A stretch of 61,592 nucleotides of DNA from a virus. Below, in pieces: positions 43,909 to 51,417 of this stretch. The translations under genes were made by a program, and so were the position numbers. Each line of letters starts with the position of its first letter. Positions within the stretch are counted from its first letter, which is position 1. The notes beneath the pieces are model-generated. The model did no database searches and had not been told where the DNA came from. It worked only from the letters and a program-made list of their open reading frames with translations. The DNA is taken from the IMG/VR virus record IMGVR_UViG_3300012929_000002, one strand, 5' to 3'.

Positions 43909-44275
43909 GACACTACTTGCCATCATGTACCTAATCATTTCCGCTTGTGGACTGACTGTTCAGAGCGTAGCGCTGATTAAACTAGTGAGGTGGCATTTTG
44001 ACGGTAGTCGCAAACGCCAGCGGCTACACTATGGCATGGTGCGCACCGCAGCTAGCCGTGTAACGTGTGCGGTAGCCTATGTGGCACTGGGGATTATAAC
44101 TTTGATCGCACGAGAGACATTTCCGATTCTGGGTCTGGCTATATTCTCCTTCACGCAAATCGTGTGGCAAGCCAATTCGTTCGCTGATCTACGACTCAAG
44201 AAGGATCTTTCTGAGAATGGAGAAGTAAATGACTCGAGTGGCCGGTCAGCGGGGCAGGCTCCCCTACAATCCTGA
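43898..44275 (+). CDS. Membrane protein (holin-like, multi-TM)
   Basis: Hydrophobic segments. Overlaps the upstream gene by 11 nt. Confidence 0.5.
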   Translation: MSSETLLAIMYLIISACGLTVQSVALIKLVRWHFDGSRKRQRLHYGMVRTAASRVTCAVAYVALGIITLIARETFPILGLAIFSFTQIVWQANSFADLRLKKDLSENGEVNDSSGRSAGQAPLQS

Positions 44276-45227
44276 CAAGCCGAATATCTATCTTCGGCGC
44301 GCTCACTTCTCGGCGATGTATGGTCGCGGAACTTCAATGCCGCCAGCTCCGCAGTCCCTGGATCGCCTGACACAGTGCCTCGAGGCTGCGGCCGGGCTGC
44401 CAATGTACGGCAATGCCGATTACGCCGATTGTGTCTGGGCTATGATCGGTCATGCCATTCAGGTTGAGACATACTTCAACTGGGGCGCCTCGGCCGAGCA
44501 GACCGTCACTACTAATGCGCTGCTCAAGGGCTATCACGACGTTACGGGTTTCGACCCGAACGACCCGAGTACCGATCAGGGCACTAACATCCAAGAAGCG
44601 CTGGACTACTGGCGCAAGACGGGCATCGTCCGGGCCGACGGCAGCGTGGATCAGATTCTGGCTTTCGCGGAGATAGACCACACCGATAGGGAGATGGTTA
44701 AGCACGCCATCGATATCTTCGACGTGGTGCTGGTCGGTGTGAATCTACCGCAGTCGGCGGAAGACCAGTTCAACCAGAAGAAGCCCTGGACGCTCGTCAA
44801 GGGTAGCCCCGTGCTCGGCGGACACGCGATCCTAGACGGCGGCTACAACACGGTGAATTCTGCGGGGGCTCTGGAACATCTCGACGCGACATGGGGTAAT
44901 GACACCAAGATCGAGGAAGACTTCTGGAACGAATGCGTCGAGGAAACTTGGGTCGTCATAACCAAGAACCTGATGGCGCGCAATGGTGGCACCGGCCCGC
45001 GTGGCTTCAATATGGCCATCTTCGCGGAGGACTTTCACGAGATGACCGGTCAGACCTTTCAGACCGACCCAGTCAATCCTCCGACGCCTACTCCAGTTCC
45101 CCCGATGCCTGTTTCGGGGCTGGACGACCTGAAGCGTGCGGCCAGCTCGTGGCTAAACCATCGCCACACCGGCATTAATGCGACGTTCGCTCGGGCGGTA
45201 GAGAAGTTCCTGGCGGCCAACTCATGA
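44229..45227 (+). CDS. Putative endolysin with a papain-like cysteine peptidase domain
   Basis: NADYADCVWAMIGHAI (Cys) and VLGGHAILDGGYN (His) resemble the C1-type catalytic dyad context. The start may be the internal ATG (MPPAPQS...). Confidence 0.4.
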   Translation: MTRVAGQRGRLPYNPDKPNIYLRRAHFSAMYGRGTSMPPAPQSLDRLTQCLEAAAGLPMYGNADYADCVWAMIGHAIQVETYFNWGASAEQTVTTNALLKGYHDVTGFDPNDPSTDQGTNIQEALDYWRKTGIVRADGSVDQILAFAEIDHTDREMVKHAIDIFDVVLVGVNLPQSAEDQFNQKKPWTLVKGSPVLGGHAILDGGYNTVNSAGALEHLDATWGNDTKIEEDFWNECVEETWVVITKNLMARNGGTGPRGFNMAIFAEDFHEMTGQTFQTDPVNPPTPTPVPPMPVSGLDDLKRAASSWLNHRHTGINATFARAVEKFLAANS

Positions 45228-45577
45228 CCGAGGAAGCAGCTCAGGATCGCTGGCCGAATCCCAGTTGGCGCGAATCTCTGCACGAGATTCGCCAACTCCT
45301 AGATGTCCGGTTCGACCGGATAGAGAAGAAGCTACATCAACTGAAGGAGATCGAACTAATGGCTCAGTCCGACGTCGACGCTCTGACCGCTTCTCTTCAG
45401 GGCCTGAAGGACACTCTGGTTGCCGACGACGGTGCCATCCAGGCGGCCATCGCCGCGCTGGAGGCTCAGGTCGCCGCCGGGCAGCCTGTGGATCTGTCGC
45501 AACTCCAGGCCGCTGTCGCCGACATGTCGGCCGCCGTGGACAGCACGACCGCGCTCGTCCCGCCGGCTACCGCTTAG
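45224..45577 (+). CDS. Hypothetical Ala/Gln-rich helical protein (117 aa)
   Basis: Track ORF with ATGA overlap. Confidence 0.5.
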   Translation: MTEEAAQDRWPNPSWRESLHEIRQLLDVRFDRIEKKLHQLKEIELMAQSDVDALTASLQGLKDTLVADDGAIQAAIAALEAQVAAGQPVDLSQLQAAVADMSAAVDSTTALVPPATA

Positions 45578-45594
45578 TTAAGAGGAGCAGTCCG

Positions 45595-47442
45595 ATGAGT
45601 GCACCCGCAGTGGTGGTTTTGTCAGGCCTCAATGAGAACGCTGCCACCTCTGCGGGTGGCACGGGGATTGTTAGCTTTCAATTAATGTCTCCTATCTCTG
45701 GCCAGGATGGCGTGGTGTACGCTATGGCCAATGCTCAGGCGTATCCGATGGCTCTCGGAGCCTGGGTCGGTGCAAGCCCGTCTCTCCGGACAACGGATAT
45801 GTCAGCTAGCTTTTACAAGGTCGTCGTTCAGCTCGACGACTGGCAGGAAGTATTCTCTGCGCCTCTACCGGCGAGTGTAACTACTCTGGCGGGAATGCGG
45901 TCCATTGCCATCAGCGATGCGCCTCCCGCCTCGGCTGGTTACGTGCCGTGGGCTCTGACGGGTGTGCCCGGCGGGGTGGCTACGCTGAGCCCAGATGGTA
46001 CTCTAATGCCCGCCCAGCGGGCCGGCTACGCGGTAGGCGCCGGCCTGCTAAACGACACAATCTTGACAGACAGCGGCTTAAGCGGAACCGTGACTCTGCC
46101 GGCCGGCGTCTATCAGAACAAGATCTTTATCGTCACCAAGCTAATCATTCCGAATAACAATACCGTTCTGATCAACTGCCGCATCATAGCCAATAGCGTG
46201 AACGGTGTGTCACTAGACGCGAACACGGGCTTAGAAACCGGTCGGCGTCTTGTCAACTGCGATATCTTTAACGCAGGAGGCCGAGCCCTCGCCGGCGCCG
46301 GTTTTAGCGCGATACGGGTGAGAGGGATGCTTCTAGGAGACGACTTCGCCCTGGTGGGTCGTAGTCATGCCGAGCCGACGTTCTTCGATAACTGCTCGTG
46401 CAGTCACTTCCGTCCCTTGGCGGGAGCGCACTTTGACGGAGTGCAGGTCGTTACCACGCCGGCCGCTCCGGTTATCGTCCGTAACTGCGATTTCAACATG
46501 AATCTGGACGATGGCTATGTTATGCCGTCCGGTGCCGGCAGTACCGGAGCCATCTTCTTTGCTCCAAACGACGTGCCAATCGGCGGAGGAGACCCAAATC
46601 CGACGCGCACTGGCAAGATGTATGTGGCGGGTAGTCGTCTTCAGTCTTCCACGGGTAATTACACTATCGTGGTCGCAGGAGAAGGATGCAGTATAATGGA
46701 CTGCGCCATCGGCGCCGGCACTACAGGAACCGAGAATCTTACTGCGGCTCATGTCAGCGGTTGGGGTAACACCGGCTTAACCGGTGGTCCGCTTGCGACC
46801 GACATCCACGGTACCGATCTGGGTGATTACCTTCTGGCCGGCGATCCTCGTGCCGGGGGCGGAGGAGGATCCTCTACATTTGCTGGACTGTCGGACGTTG
46901 ACGTGGCCGGCGTCGTAAATGCTCAGGTGCCGGCTTGGAATGCGACCAGTCACCACTGGGAGCCGGTGGACCAAGCTTCGGGTGGAGGTGGTGGGACGCG
47001 CATGTCCATCATCTCCGGATTCATTGTCTCTGGCGTTACCGCCTCGGCGGATACAGGCGGGCAGTGGTTGCCGGTGACGGGCACTAGCAAATCCATCGCG
47101 GCGATAGCTGGAGATCAGGTCGCGGCTGAATACGGATTCACAGTAGATAGTCAAACGACATGCTTCTATGACGTCGGTGTGGTAGTGGCAGGATCTCTGG
47201 TCCGAGTTATCAACTGCTCAACATTCCCGCCTAGTGCAGGTTACGAGGGGATGGCGGAATACGTCCCGGATAACCCCGCTCGATTCATCGGCACACACCA
47301 TATTCCGTGGTTTATCGCGGCATCTGGAGATATCTCGGGCGGCAATGTCACGTTCTGTGTGTGTCGTAAATCTAATGGCGCGGGAGTAATAGAAGCTCAG
47401 GATGCACTACCGATCCGATACAGTCTCTACAACAACCACTAG
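45595..47442 (+). CDS. Right-handed beta-helix (pectate-lyase-like) protein, possible depolymerase or tailspike
   Basis: GAGGAG RBS. In frame within track ORF 45265..47442. Repeated NC.I...G motifs (NCRIIANSVNG, NCDIFNAGG, NCDFNMNLDDG) typical of parallel beta-helices. Confidence 0.4.
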   Translation: MSAPAVVVLSGLNENAATSAGGTGIVSFQLMSPISGQDGVVYAMANAQAYPMALGAWVGASPSLRTTDMSASFYKVVVQLDDWQEVFSAPLPASVTTLAGMRSIAISDAPPASAGYVPWALTGVPGGVATLSPDGTLMPAQRAGYAVGAGLLNDTILTDSGLSGTVTLPAGVYQNKIFIVTKLIIPNNNTVLINCRIIANSVNGVSLDANTGLETGRRLVNCDIFNAGGRALAGAGFSAIRVRGMLLGDDFALVGRSHAEPTFFDNCSCSHFRPLAGAHFDGVQVVTTPAAPVIVRNCDFNMNLDDGYVMPSGAGSTGAIFFAPNDVPIGGGDPNPTRTGKMYVAGSRLQSSTGNYTIVVAGEGCSIMDCAIGAGTTGTENLTAAHVSGWGNTGLTGGPLATDIHGTDLGDYLLAGDPRAGGGGGSSTFAGLSDVDVAGVVNAQVPAWNATSHHWEPVDQASGGGGGTRMSIISGFIVSGVTASADTGGQWLPVTGTSKSIAAIAGDQVAAEYGFTVDSQTTCFYDVGVVVAGSLVRVINCSTFPPSAGYEGMAEYVPDNPARFIGTHHIPWFIAASGDISGGNVTFCVCRKSNGAGVIEAQDALPIRYSLYNNH

Positions 47443-47479
47443 GCTATACTGGTGGTGCCTTGAAAGGAGGCAAAGTATC

Positions 47480-47743
47480 ATGGTTGATCCCGCACCTGCT
47501 CCGACTCCCGGACCCATCTCGCGCAAGGTTAGGTTTGTTACTTTCGCGACGTATCTCGGATTCGCCGCTCTCCTGGCGGTTATCCAGGGTGTCACCAACA
47601 ATACTGACGTCATTGTTTCTTTCTTGCCGCCGTGGGCCAGTGTTTTCATCACTCCTTTGGTCCCGGCCCTAATCGCCCTAGTGACTGGATGGGCAACCAA
47701 GCACGCACCCCAGGATCTGAATCTGGCGGTGAAGAGGCGGTAG
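47480..47743 (+). CDS. Small membrane protein (87 aa, 2 TM)
   Basis: AAAGGAGG RBS. In frame within track ORF 47402..47743. Confidence 0.55.
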   Translation: MVDPAPAPTPGPISRKVRFVTFATYLGFAALLAVIQGVTNNTDVIVSFLPPWASVFITPLVPALIALVTGWATKHAPQDLNLAVKRR

Positions 47744-47789
47744 CTCCGCTGAGATAAGGTGCGGGCTCAGTGTATGAGCACGCCGAGCG

Positions 47790-47823
47790 CAACCCCGACG
47801 TGCCCCTCCAGGCGTCGGGGTTG
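47790..47823 (+). terminator. Hairpin terminator candidate (CAACCCCGACG-12 nt-CGTCGGGGTTG)
   Basis: 11-bp stem after the last late gene, followed by TTGCTAT. Confidence 0.55.
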
Positions 47824-47975
47824 TTGCTATCCGGCTTCCTTTAGAAGCCGGAATATATGCGTTCGCGCAAGCGTACGGGGTGACAGTGATCTTCCCTCCC
47901 CAGGAGGGGAGTCACCCTCCCAGATCGGATCTGTGCGCCTTCGGGGCACGCGCTATGTGCGGGTGTGCCGCGTTA

Positions 47976-48011
47976 CCCCCACCCCATCCCCCAACCCCCT
48001 TCCCCTCCCCC
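47976..48011 (+). repeat. C-run tract (six runs of C4-5); G-quadruplex-capable on the minus strand
   Basis: cccccaccccatcccccaacccccttcccctccccc read directly. Confidence 0.9.
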
Positions 48012-48018
48012 TTGCCTC

Positions 48019-48090
48019 GCGTAGGTACCTGCGCCACACGTATCGTACACAGGTACCCGTGTCGCGTCACGTTGCGCGGGTACCCGCGCA
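48019..48090. promoter_or_regulatory. Three GGTACC-centred palindromes spaced 28 and 27 bp (operator-like array)
   Basis: 48019-48034 GCGTAGGTACCTGCGC (1 mismatch pair), 48047-48062 ACACAGGTACCCGTGT (1 mismatch pair) and 48073-48090 TGCGCGGGTACCCGCGCA (perfect 18-mer). Confidence 0.6.
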
Positions 48091-48211
48091 CACGGCTCTC
48101 AGCACGCGCCTGTGGTTATTCCGCGCGGGCATGTCGTATGTGGGGCACAAGTAGGAACCGCGCGCGTTTGTTCCGCAGGAGTGTGTGTTCGCACGGCTAT
48201 TCCGTGCTCGC

Positions 48212-48256
48212 ACGGCTGATCAGCCGTAGGCGTGCGTTATAATCGCACTCGCACGC
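48212..48256 (+). promoter_or_regulatory. Perfect 16-bp palindrome ACGGCTGATCAGCCGT plus a consensus TATAAT (48238-48243) in the loop of a 7-bp hairpin
   Basis: Read directly. The palindrome covers the expected -35 position for that -10. Stem is GCGTGCG (48230-36) / CGCACGC (48250-56). Confidence 0.45.
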
Positions 48257-48396
48257 GATCCTTATTGTGCGCTTGTGATGCGTTACGCCAAACGGGTGGA
48301 GGGGGTTGCCAAAGCCGCCGGGGGCGGGCTAGCTTTGTGCCATGCCGCCAACACGGGGCAGGGGCCACCAGCTCAGCCAGGTTGCCAAGTGCAGCA

Positions 48397-48407
48397 GGGT
48401 AGGGTAC
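48397..48407 (+). promoter_or_regulatory. GGGTAGGGTAC motif preceded by TTGCCAAGTG
   Basis: Composite TTGCCAAGTG-cagcag-GGGTAGGGTAC. Confidence 0.4.
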
Positions 48408-48545
48408 GGTGGCACCACAACAGCAACACCGCAGGGGTTAGCCCAGCAGCCTGGCAACGGGCGTGGCTGGCAAGTTTAGGCCAACGGCAAGGCGTTAGGC
48501 GCAGCTAAGGCAAAAACTGCCCAAAATCACGGGGTTTGCCAAGTG

Positions 48546-48556
48546 GGGTAGGGTAC
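48546..48556 (+). promoter_or_regulatory. GGGTAGGGTAC motif preceded by TTGCCAAGTG
   Basis: Composite TTGCCAAGTG-GGGTAGGGTAC, with the same 10-mer as at 48382-48391. Confidence 0.4.
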
Positions 48557-48603
48557 ATGGTACGGTTTTACCAGGCACCAACCGGCAGGCAAACGGGCCA
48601 GCC

Positions 48604-48614
48604 GGGTAGGGTAC
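48604..48614 (+). promoter_or_regulatory. GGGTAGGGTAC motif 21 nt upstream of the 48633 start
   Basis: Followed by AAGGGG (SD) and an ATG. Confidence 0.45.
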
Positions 48615-48632
48615 AAACGTAAGGGGCGCGTA

Positions 48633-48806
48633 ATGCGCATCGCACTGCACAACGCCATTGCCCGCACTCAGGGCATGGTCGTCAACGGCTACACCAATCA
48701 GTTGTGGCGCTACCTGGTCATCAACACGCTTGCCGGGGCTATGGTTGCCTTGGCACCCAGTCAGTACAGTGCGGCCGACGGTGGTTGGCCCACCGTTGCC
48801 AGGTAG
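48633..48806 (+). CDS. Hypothetical small protein (57 aa, MRIALHNAIARTQGMVVNGYTNQLWRYLVINTLAGAMVALAPSQYSAADGGWPTVAR)
   Basis: Below the track cutoff. AAGGGG lies 6 nt before the ATG. Gene-like G/C-ending codons. A promoter-like motif is just upstream. Confidence 0.5.
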   Translation: MRIALHNAIARTQGMVVNGYTNQLWRYLVINTLAGAMVALAPSQYSAADGGWPTVAR

Positions 48807-48891
48807 TCCGCGTGTAACCTTGGTGGGTCAGGTGTGTGACCTGGCCGCGCCATGGCTACAGACGGGTAGCCTGTTTAGCTAGGAGGCCGTA

Positions 48892-49197
48892 ATGGCTACT
48901 GCACTGGGATTGGCGCCGCGTAACTCGCTGCGCAAGATCAGGGCACGAGTGCCGGTCGCTGCCGGCAGCTTGAACAGGGGCAACCGCTACACGATGACCA
49001 CTGCCAGGACGACCGTGTGTGTTGCCGACATGTCTAAGGCATGGCACGGAGACACGGCGACGATGCCGCCGCAATGGGCGCTGGACGCCGCTGCCGACAA
49101 GACGATGGCCGCCGGCTACACCAAGCGCAATAAGGTGTGTCCGGGGTGCGGAATCATGACGCCGAGCACCGGCCGCTGCGACCAGTGCTGGGACTGA
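48892..49197 (+). CDS. Hypothetical protein with C-terminal zinc ribbon (CPGC...CDQC)
   Basis: AGGAGG RBS. Track ORF. Confidence 0.55.
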   Translation: MATALGLAPRNSLRKIRARVPVAAGSLNRGNRYTMTTARTTVCVADMSKAWHGDTATMPPQWALDAAADKTMAAGYTKRNKVCPGCGIMTPSTGRCDQCWD

Positions 49198-49199
49198 GC

Positions 49200-49466
49200 A
49201 TGGACAAGACGATGCTGGAAGCGGCGTGCAATGAAGAGCACGCCGCCATGCTAAGGGCGAACTCTGCTGACCCCTACGTGCACGCCGAATATAGGCGACA
49301 CGAGTCACTGTTAAAGGCAGCTCTGATGCTGTGGACTGACGGCGATGAGCCGTACGCGGCCGCACTGTTCGACGCCTATCTCGACTCTGACGAAGAGTTG
49401 GATTGGTACGTGCGCGGAGGCGGCTACAGCCGCGACGAACTTGTTCATAACTTTGGTCATGACTAA
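49200..49466 (+). CDS. Hypothetical acidic protein (88 aa)
   Basis: ATG lies 2 nt after the upstream stop. In frame within track ORF 49137..49466. Confidence 0.5.
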   Translation: MDKTMLEAACNEEHAAMLRANSADPYVHAEYRRHESLLKAALMLWTDGDEPYAAALFDAYLDSDEELDWYVRGGGYSRDELVHNFGHD

Positions 49467-49528
49467 CAACTTTGGCGAGGCGTGAATGCGACGCGCCTGT
49501 GCCATGGTAGTTAGACGAGAGGAGAGCG

Positions 49529-49729
49529 GTGGGTAAGAAGATAGCGGGCTATGTGCTGTGGCCTTTGGCGGTCATCATGGTTCTGGCTTTGGTCATCCAG
49601 TTGGCCGATCCGCATCTGAACATCTGGGGAAGCTTCTGGGATGGGCTCGGAATGATCTTCCGGCCGTTCGGTCAGTTTCTTGTTGATGTCTGGAGGGTGA
49701 TTACTGGCAACACCAAGGCTTTCCACTAA
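49529..49729 (+). CDS. Small membrane protein (66 aa)
   Basis: GAGAGGAGAG then GTG. Hydrophobic sequence. Confidence 0.5.
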   Translation: MGKKIAGYVLWPLAVIMVLALVIQLADPHLNIWGSFWDGLGMIFRPFGQFLVDVWRVITGNTKAFH

Positions 49730-49824
49730 ACCGAGGGCGTACCTCGCCGGAGTACACGAGCGCGTGCCCGTGTGTTCCGGAGGATGCCATACGGGACATC
49801 CCAAGACCCGAGAAAGGGGTCGCA

Positions 49825-50121
49825 ATGACCACCATGGAGAAGCCGAAGCCCGTGCGTACCCGCAAGGTCGCGCCGGCCAGCGAGAAGACGGTCAAGGCGC
49901 CGAAGGCGGAGCCAGAGATGGACCTGACCGCGTATGACGAGCGCGATCCGTCCGCCGTGAACAAGGCGGAGATCGCGTTCTTCATCGAGACCGGCGCGCT
50001 GACGGGTGTCACGGACGAAGCGACTCTCGTCCTGGCTCAGAAGGTCGCGCAGCTCGTGGCCGGCACCGCTCACCGTCACTTCCAGGGGAGCAAGGCCGCC
50101 GCGCGGGTGCACGGCAAGTGA
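49825..50121 (+). CDS. Hypothetical protein, short paralogue of the 60953..61483 N-terminal domain
   Basis: DLTAYDERDPSAVNKAEIAFFIE...VAQLVAGTAHRHFQGSKAA aligns with DLSDFLNKDPSVINRAEAAWLVE...VVQLVAGSAHRAWQKSEAA. Confidence 0.6.
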   Translation: MTTMEKPKPVRTRKVAPASEKTVKAPKAEPEMDLTAYDERDPSAVNKAEIAFFIETGALTGVTDEATLVLAQKVAQLVAGTAHRHFQGSKAAARVHGK

Positions 50122-50402
50122 GCGACGATCGGATCCAGGTCTTCAACGGAGCGTGGATTGAAGGATCCGGAGAAATCCGGACTCTTTACCAAAGCATCGT
50201 CATCGAAGATGGCGAAGACATGGCCGAAGTGGCGCGTAGCCTGGTCGGCATCAAGGGTAGGGCGGTTCTGCTGGATTGTACGTATCTGGATCCAAATGAT
50301 CAGTGGCCGACGGCCGTCTATCGCGGCACCGTGTACGAGCTCGCGGCGATCCGCGCGAAGGCCAACGGCAGTCAGATCGGTAAGCCTTCGCGAAACAAGT
50401 GA
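50118..50402 (+). CDS. Hypothetical protein (94 aa)
   Basis: Track ORF with GTGA overlap. Confidence 0.5.
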   Translation: MSDDRIQVFNGAWIEGSGEIRTLYQSIVIEDGEDMAEVARSLVGIKGRAVLLDCTYLDPNDQWPTAVYRGTVYELAAIRAKANGSQIGKPSRNK

Positions 50403-50416
50403 CAAGTCTCTGCTTC

Positions 50417-50603
50417 GGACAGGGCTGTTAGAATATCCCTGTCCGTTGCAGGCAGGTCACTAAACGGGAGCAGCCTGATAGCTGCTCTAAGCGTTTATAC
50501 TGCCTCAGTAGCTCCGCGCTGTAAAAACGGAGCCCCCAGTTCGGCACGGGTTAAGGCCGAACTCGAACCAGCGAGTACTGGAACGTGCGGGTGGGACACC
50601 CGC
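50417..50603 (+). other. Chain of six hairpins in a 220-nt intergenic region (structured leader or small RNA candidate)
   Basis: Stems: 50417-24/50437-44, 50468-74/50481-87, 50511-16/50528-33, 50538-45/50556-63, 50568-71/50578-81 and 50587-93/50597-603. Confidence 0.35.
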
Positions 50604-50622
50604 CTTAGGAGGGAAGAGAGCG

Positions 50623-50904
50623 ATGAGCAGGTGGCGGCTGAGGGCGGTGATTCGTCTCCCGGGCCCCTTTGTCCTAGTTCGTGGCAAGGGCTTGCCCCGG
50701 AGACACGGGTACCCGACGTGTAACAAGAATCAGGGTCGTCCCAGTGTCGGCGCCGGCTTCATCGCTCTCTTCCTGCTAGGCTGGCTCGGCGCGTGGTCGT
50801 GGCGTACTCGCTACACTCGCCGGAGGCCACGCGTCGTGCCGGCTTGGCTTCTCTATACCATCATGTGGACGGTCATTATCTTGATCGTCGCCCTCATCGT
50901 GTAA
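50623..50904 (+). CDS. Membrane protein (93 aa, 2 TM, Arg-rich N-terminus)
   Basis: AGGAGGG RBS. Track ORF. Confidence 0.5.
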   Translation: MSRWRLRAVIRLPGPFVLVRGKGLPRRHGYPTCNKNQGRPSVGAGFIALFLLGWLGAWSWRTRYTRRRPRVVPAWLLYTIMWTVIILIVALIV

Positions 50905-50914
50905 GGAGCCCGCA

Positions 50915-51265
50915 ATGGGTCGTTGTAGGATTGAGATCTGGCCTGTCGACAAGGATGGGACGCTAACGTTCGACGCGGCGCCGGGGCGGAAGTATCGGCT
51001 ATACGCCCGCGAGGAGCAGAATTTTGTGACCAACAAGTCGCAGACGGCTTTTCTGGAGTACTGCTCCATTTCCGCCGCTCGGCGAGGTCACGGCAAGCAC
51101 TGCAAGCATGAGACCGCGTTCGATCTGGAACTCGACGAGATCTGCGATTACTGCAACGAGAAAGGTAGTGTGGACGATCCCGTCGCGGAGTGGCTCGACA
51201 AGAGAGACGGTCATCGCCTGGCTCATGGGCAATGCGGTTTGGATATGGGCTGGAGGCAGGCATGA
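50915..51265 (+). CDS. Cys/His-rich hypothetical protein (116 aa)
   Basis: AAGGAG RBS. Track ORF. HGKHCKHE...CDYC. Confidence 0.55.
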   Translation: MGRCRIEIWPVDKDGTLTFDAAPGRKYRLYAREEQNFVTNKSQTAFLEYCSISAARRGHGKHCKHETAFDLELDEICDYCNEKGSVDDPVAEWLDKRDGHRLAHGQCGLDMGWRQA

Positions 51266-51417
51266 ACGATCCGGAACCGGACCGTACCATCTCCTGGTAC
51301 TGGTGGAAGTTCGTGCACAACCTGCTGATCCACCCGTTCCTGGCGTGGCCCTACGAGCCGCGCTGGGCGCAGCGAGCCCACGACTGGACCGCGAAGCGTT
51401 GTCCTGGAGGCGGATGA
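51262..51417 (+). CDS. Small Trp-rich protein (51 aa)
   Basis: ATGA overlap. In frame within track ORF 51190..51417. Confidence 0.4.
   Translation: MNDPEPDRTISWYWWKFVHNLLIHPFLAWPYEPRWAQRAHDWTAKRCPGGG

Noticed and set aside
47759-48508. Track ORFs 47759..48154, 47880..48242 and 48275..48508 in the regulatory hub
   Set aside because: The translations are Pro/Arg/Cys/Ser-rich nonsense, there are no RBSs, and the DNA is packed with palindromes, hairpins and a C-tract. I treat the region as non-coding.
49825-50121. Lsr2-like identity for the domain shared by 49825..50121 and 60953..61483
   Set aside because: Compared from memory with the M. tuberculosis Lsr2 N-terminal sequence, there is no recognisable similarity. 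Only the RGR/AT-hook concept is shared, so I did not make the call.
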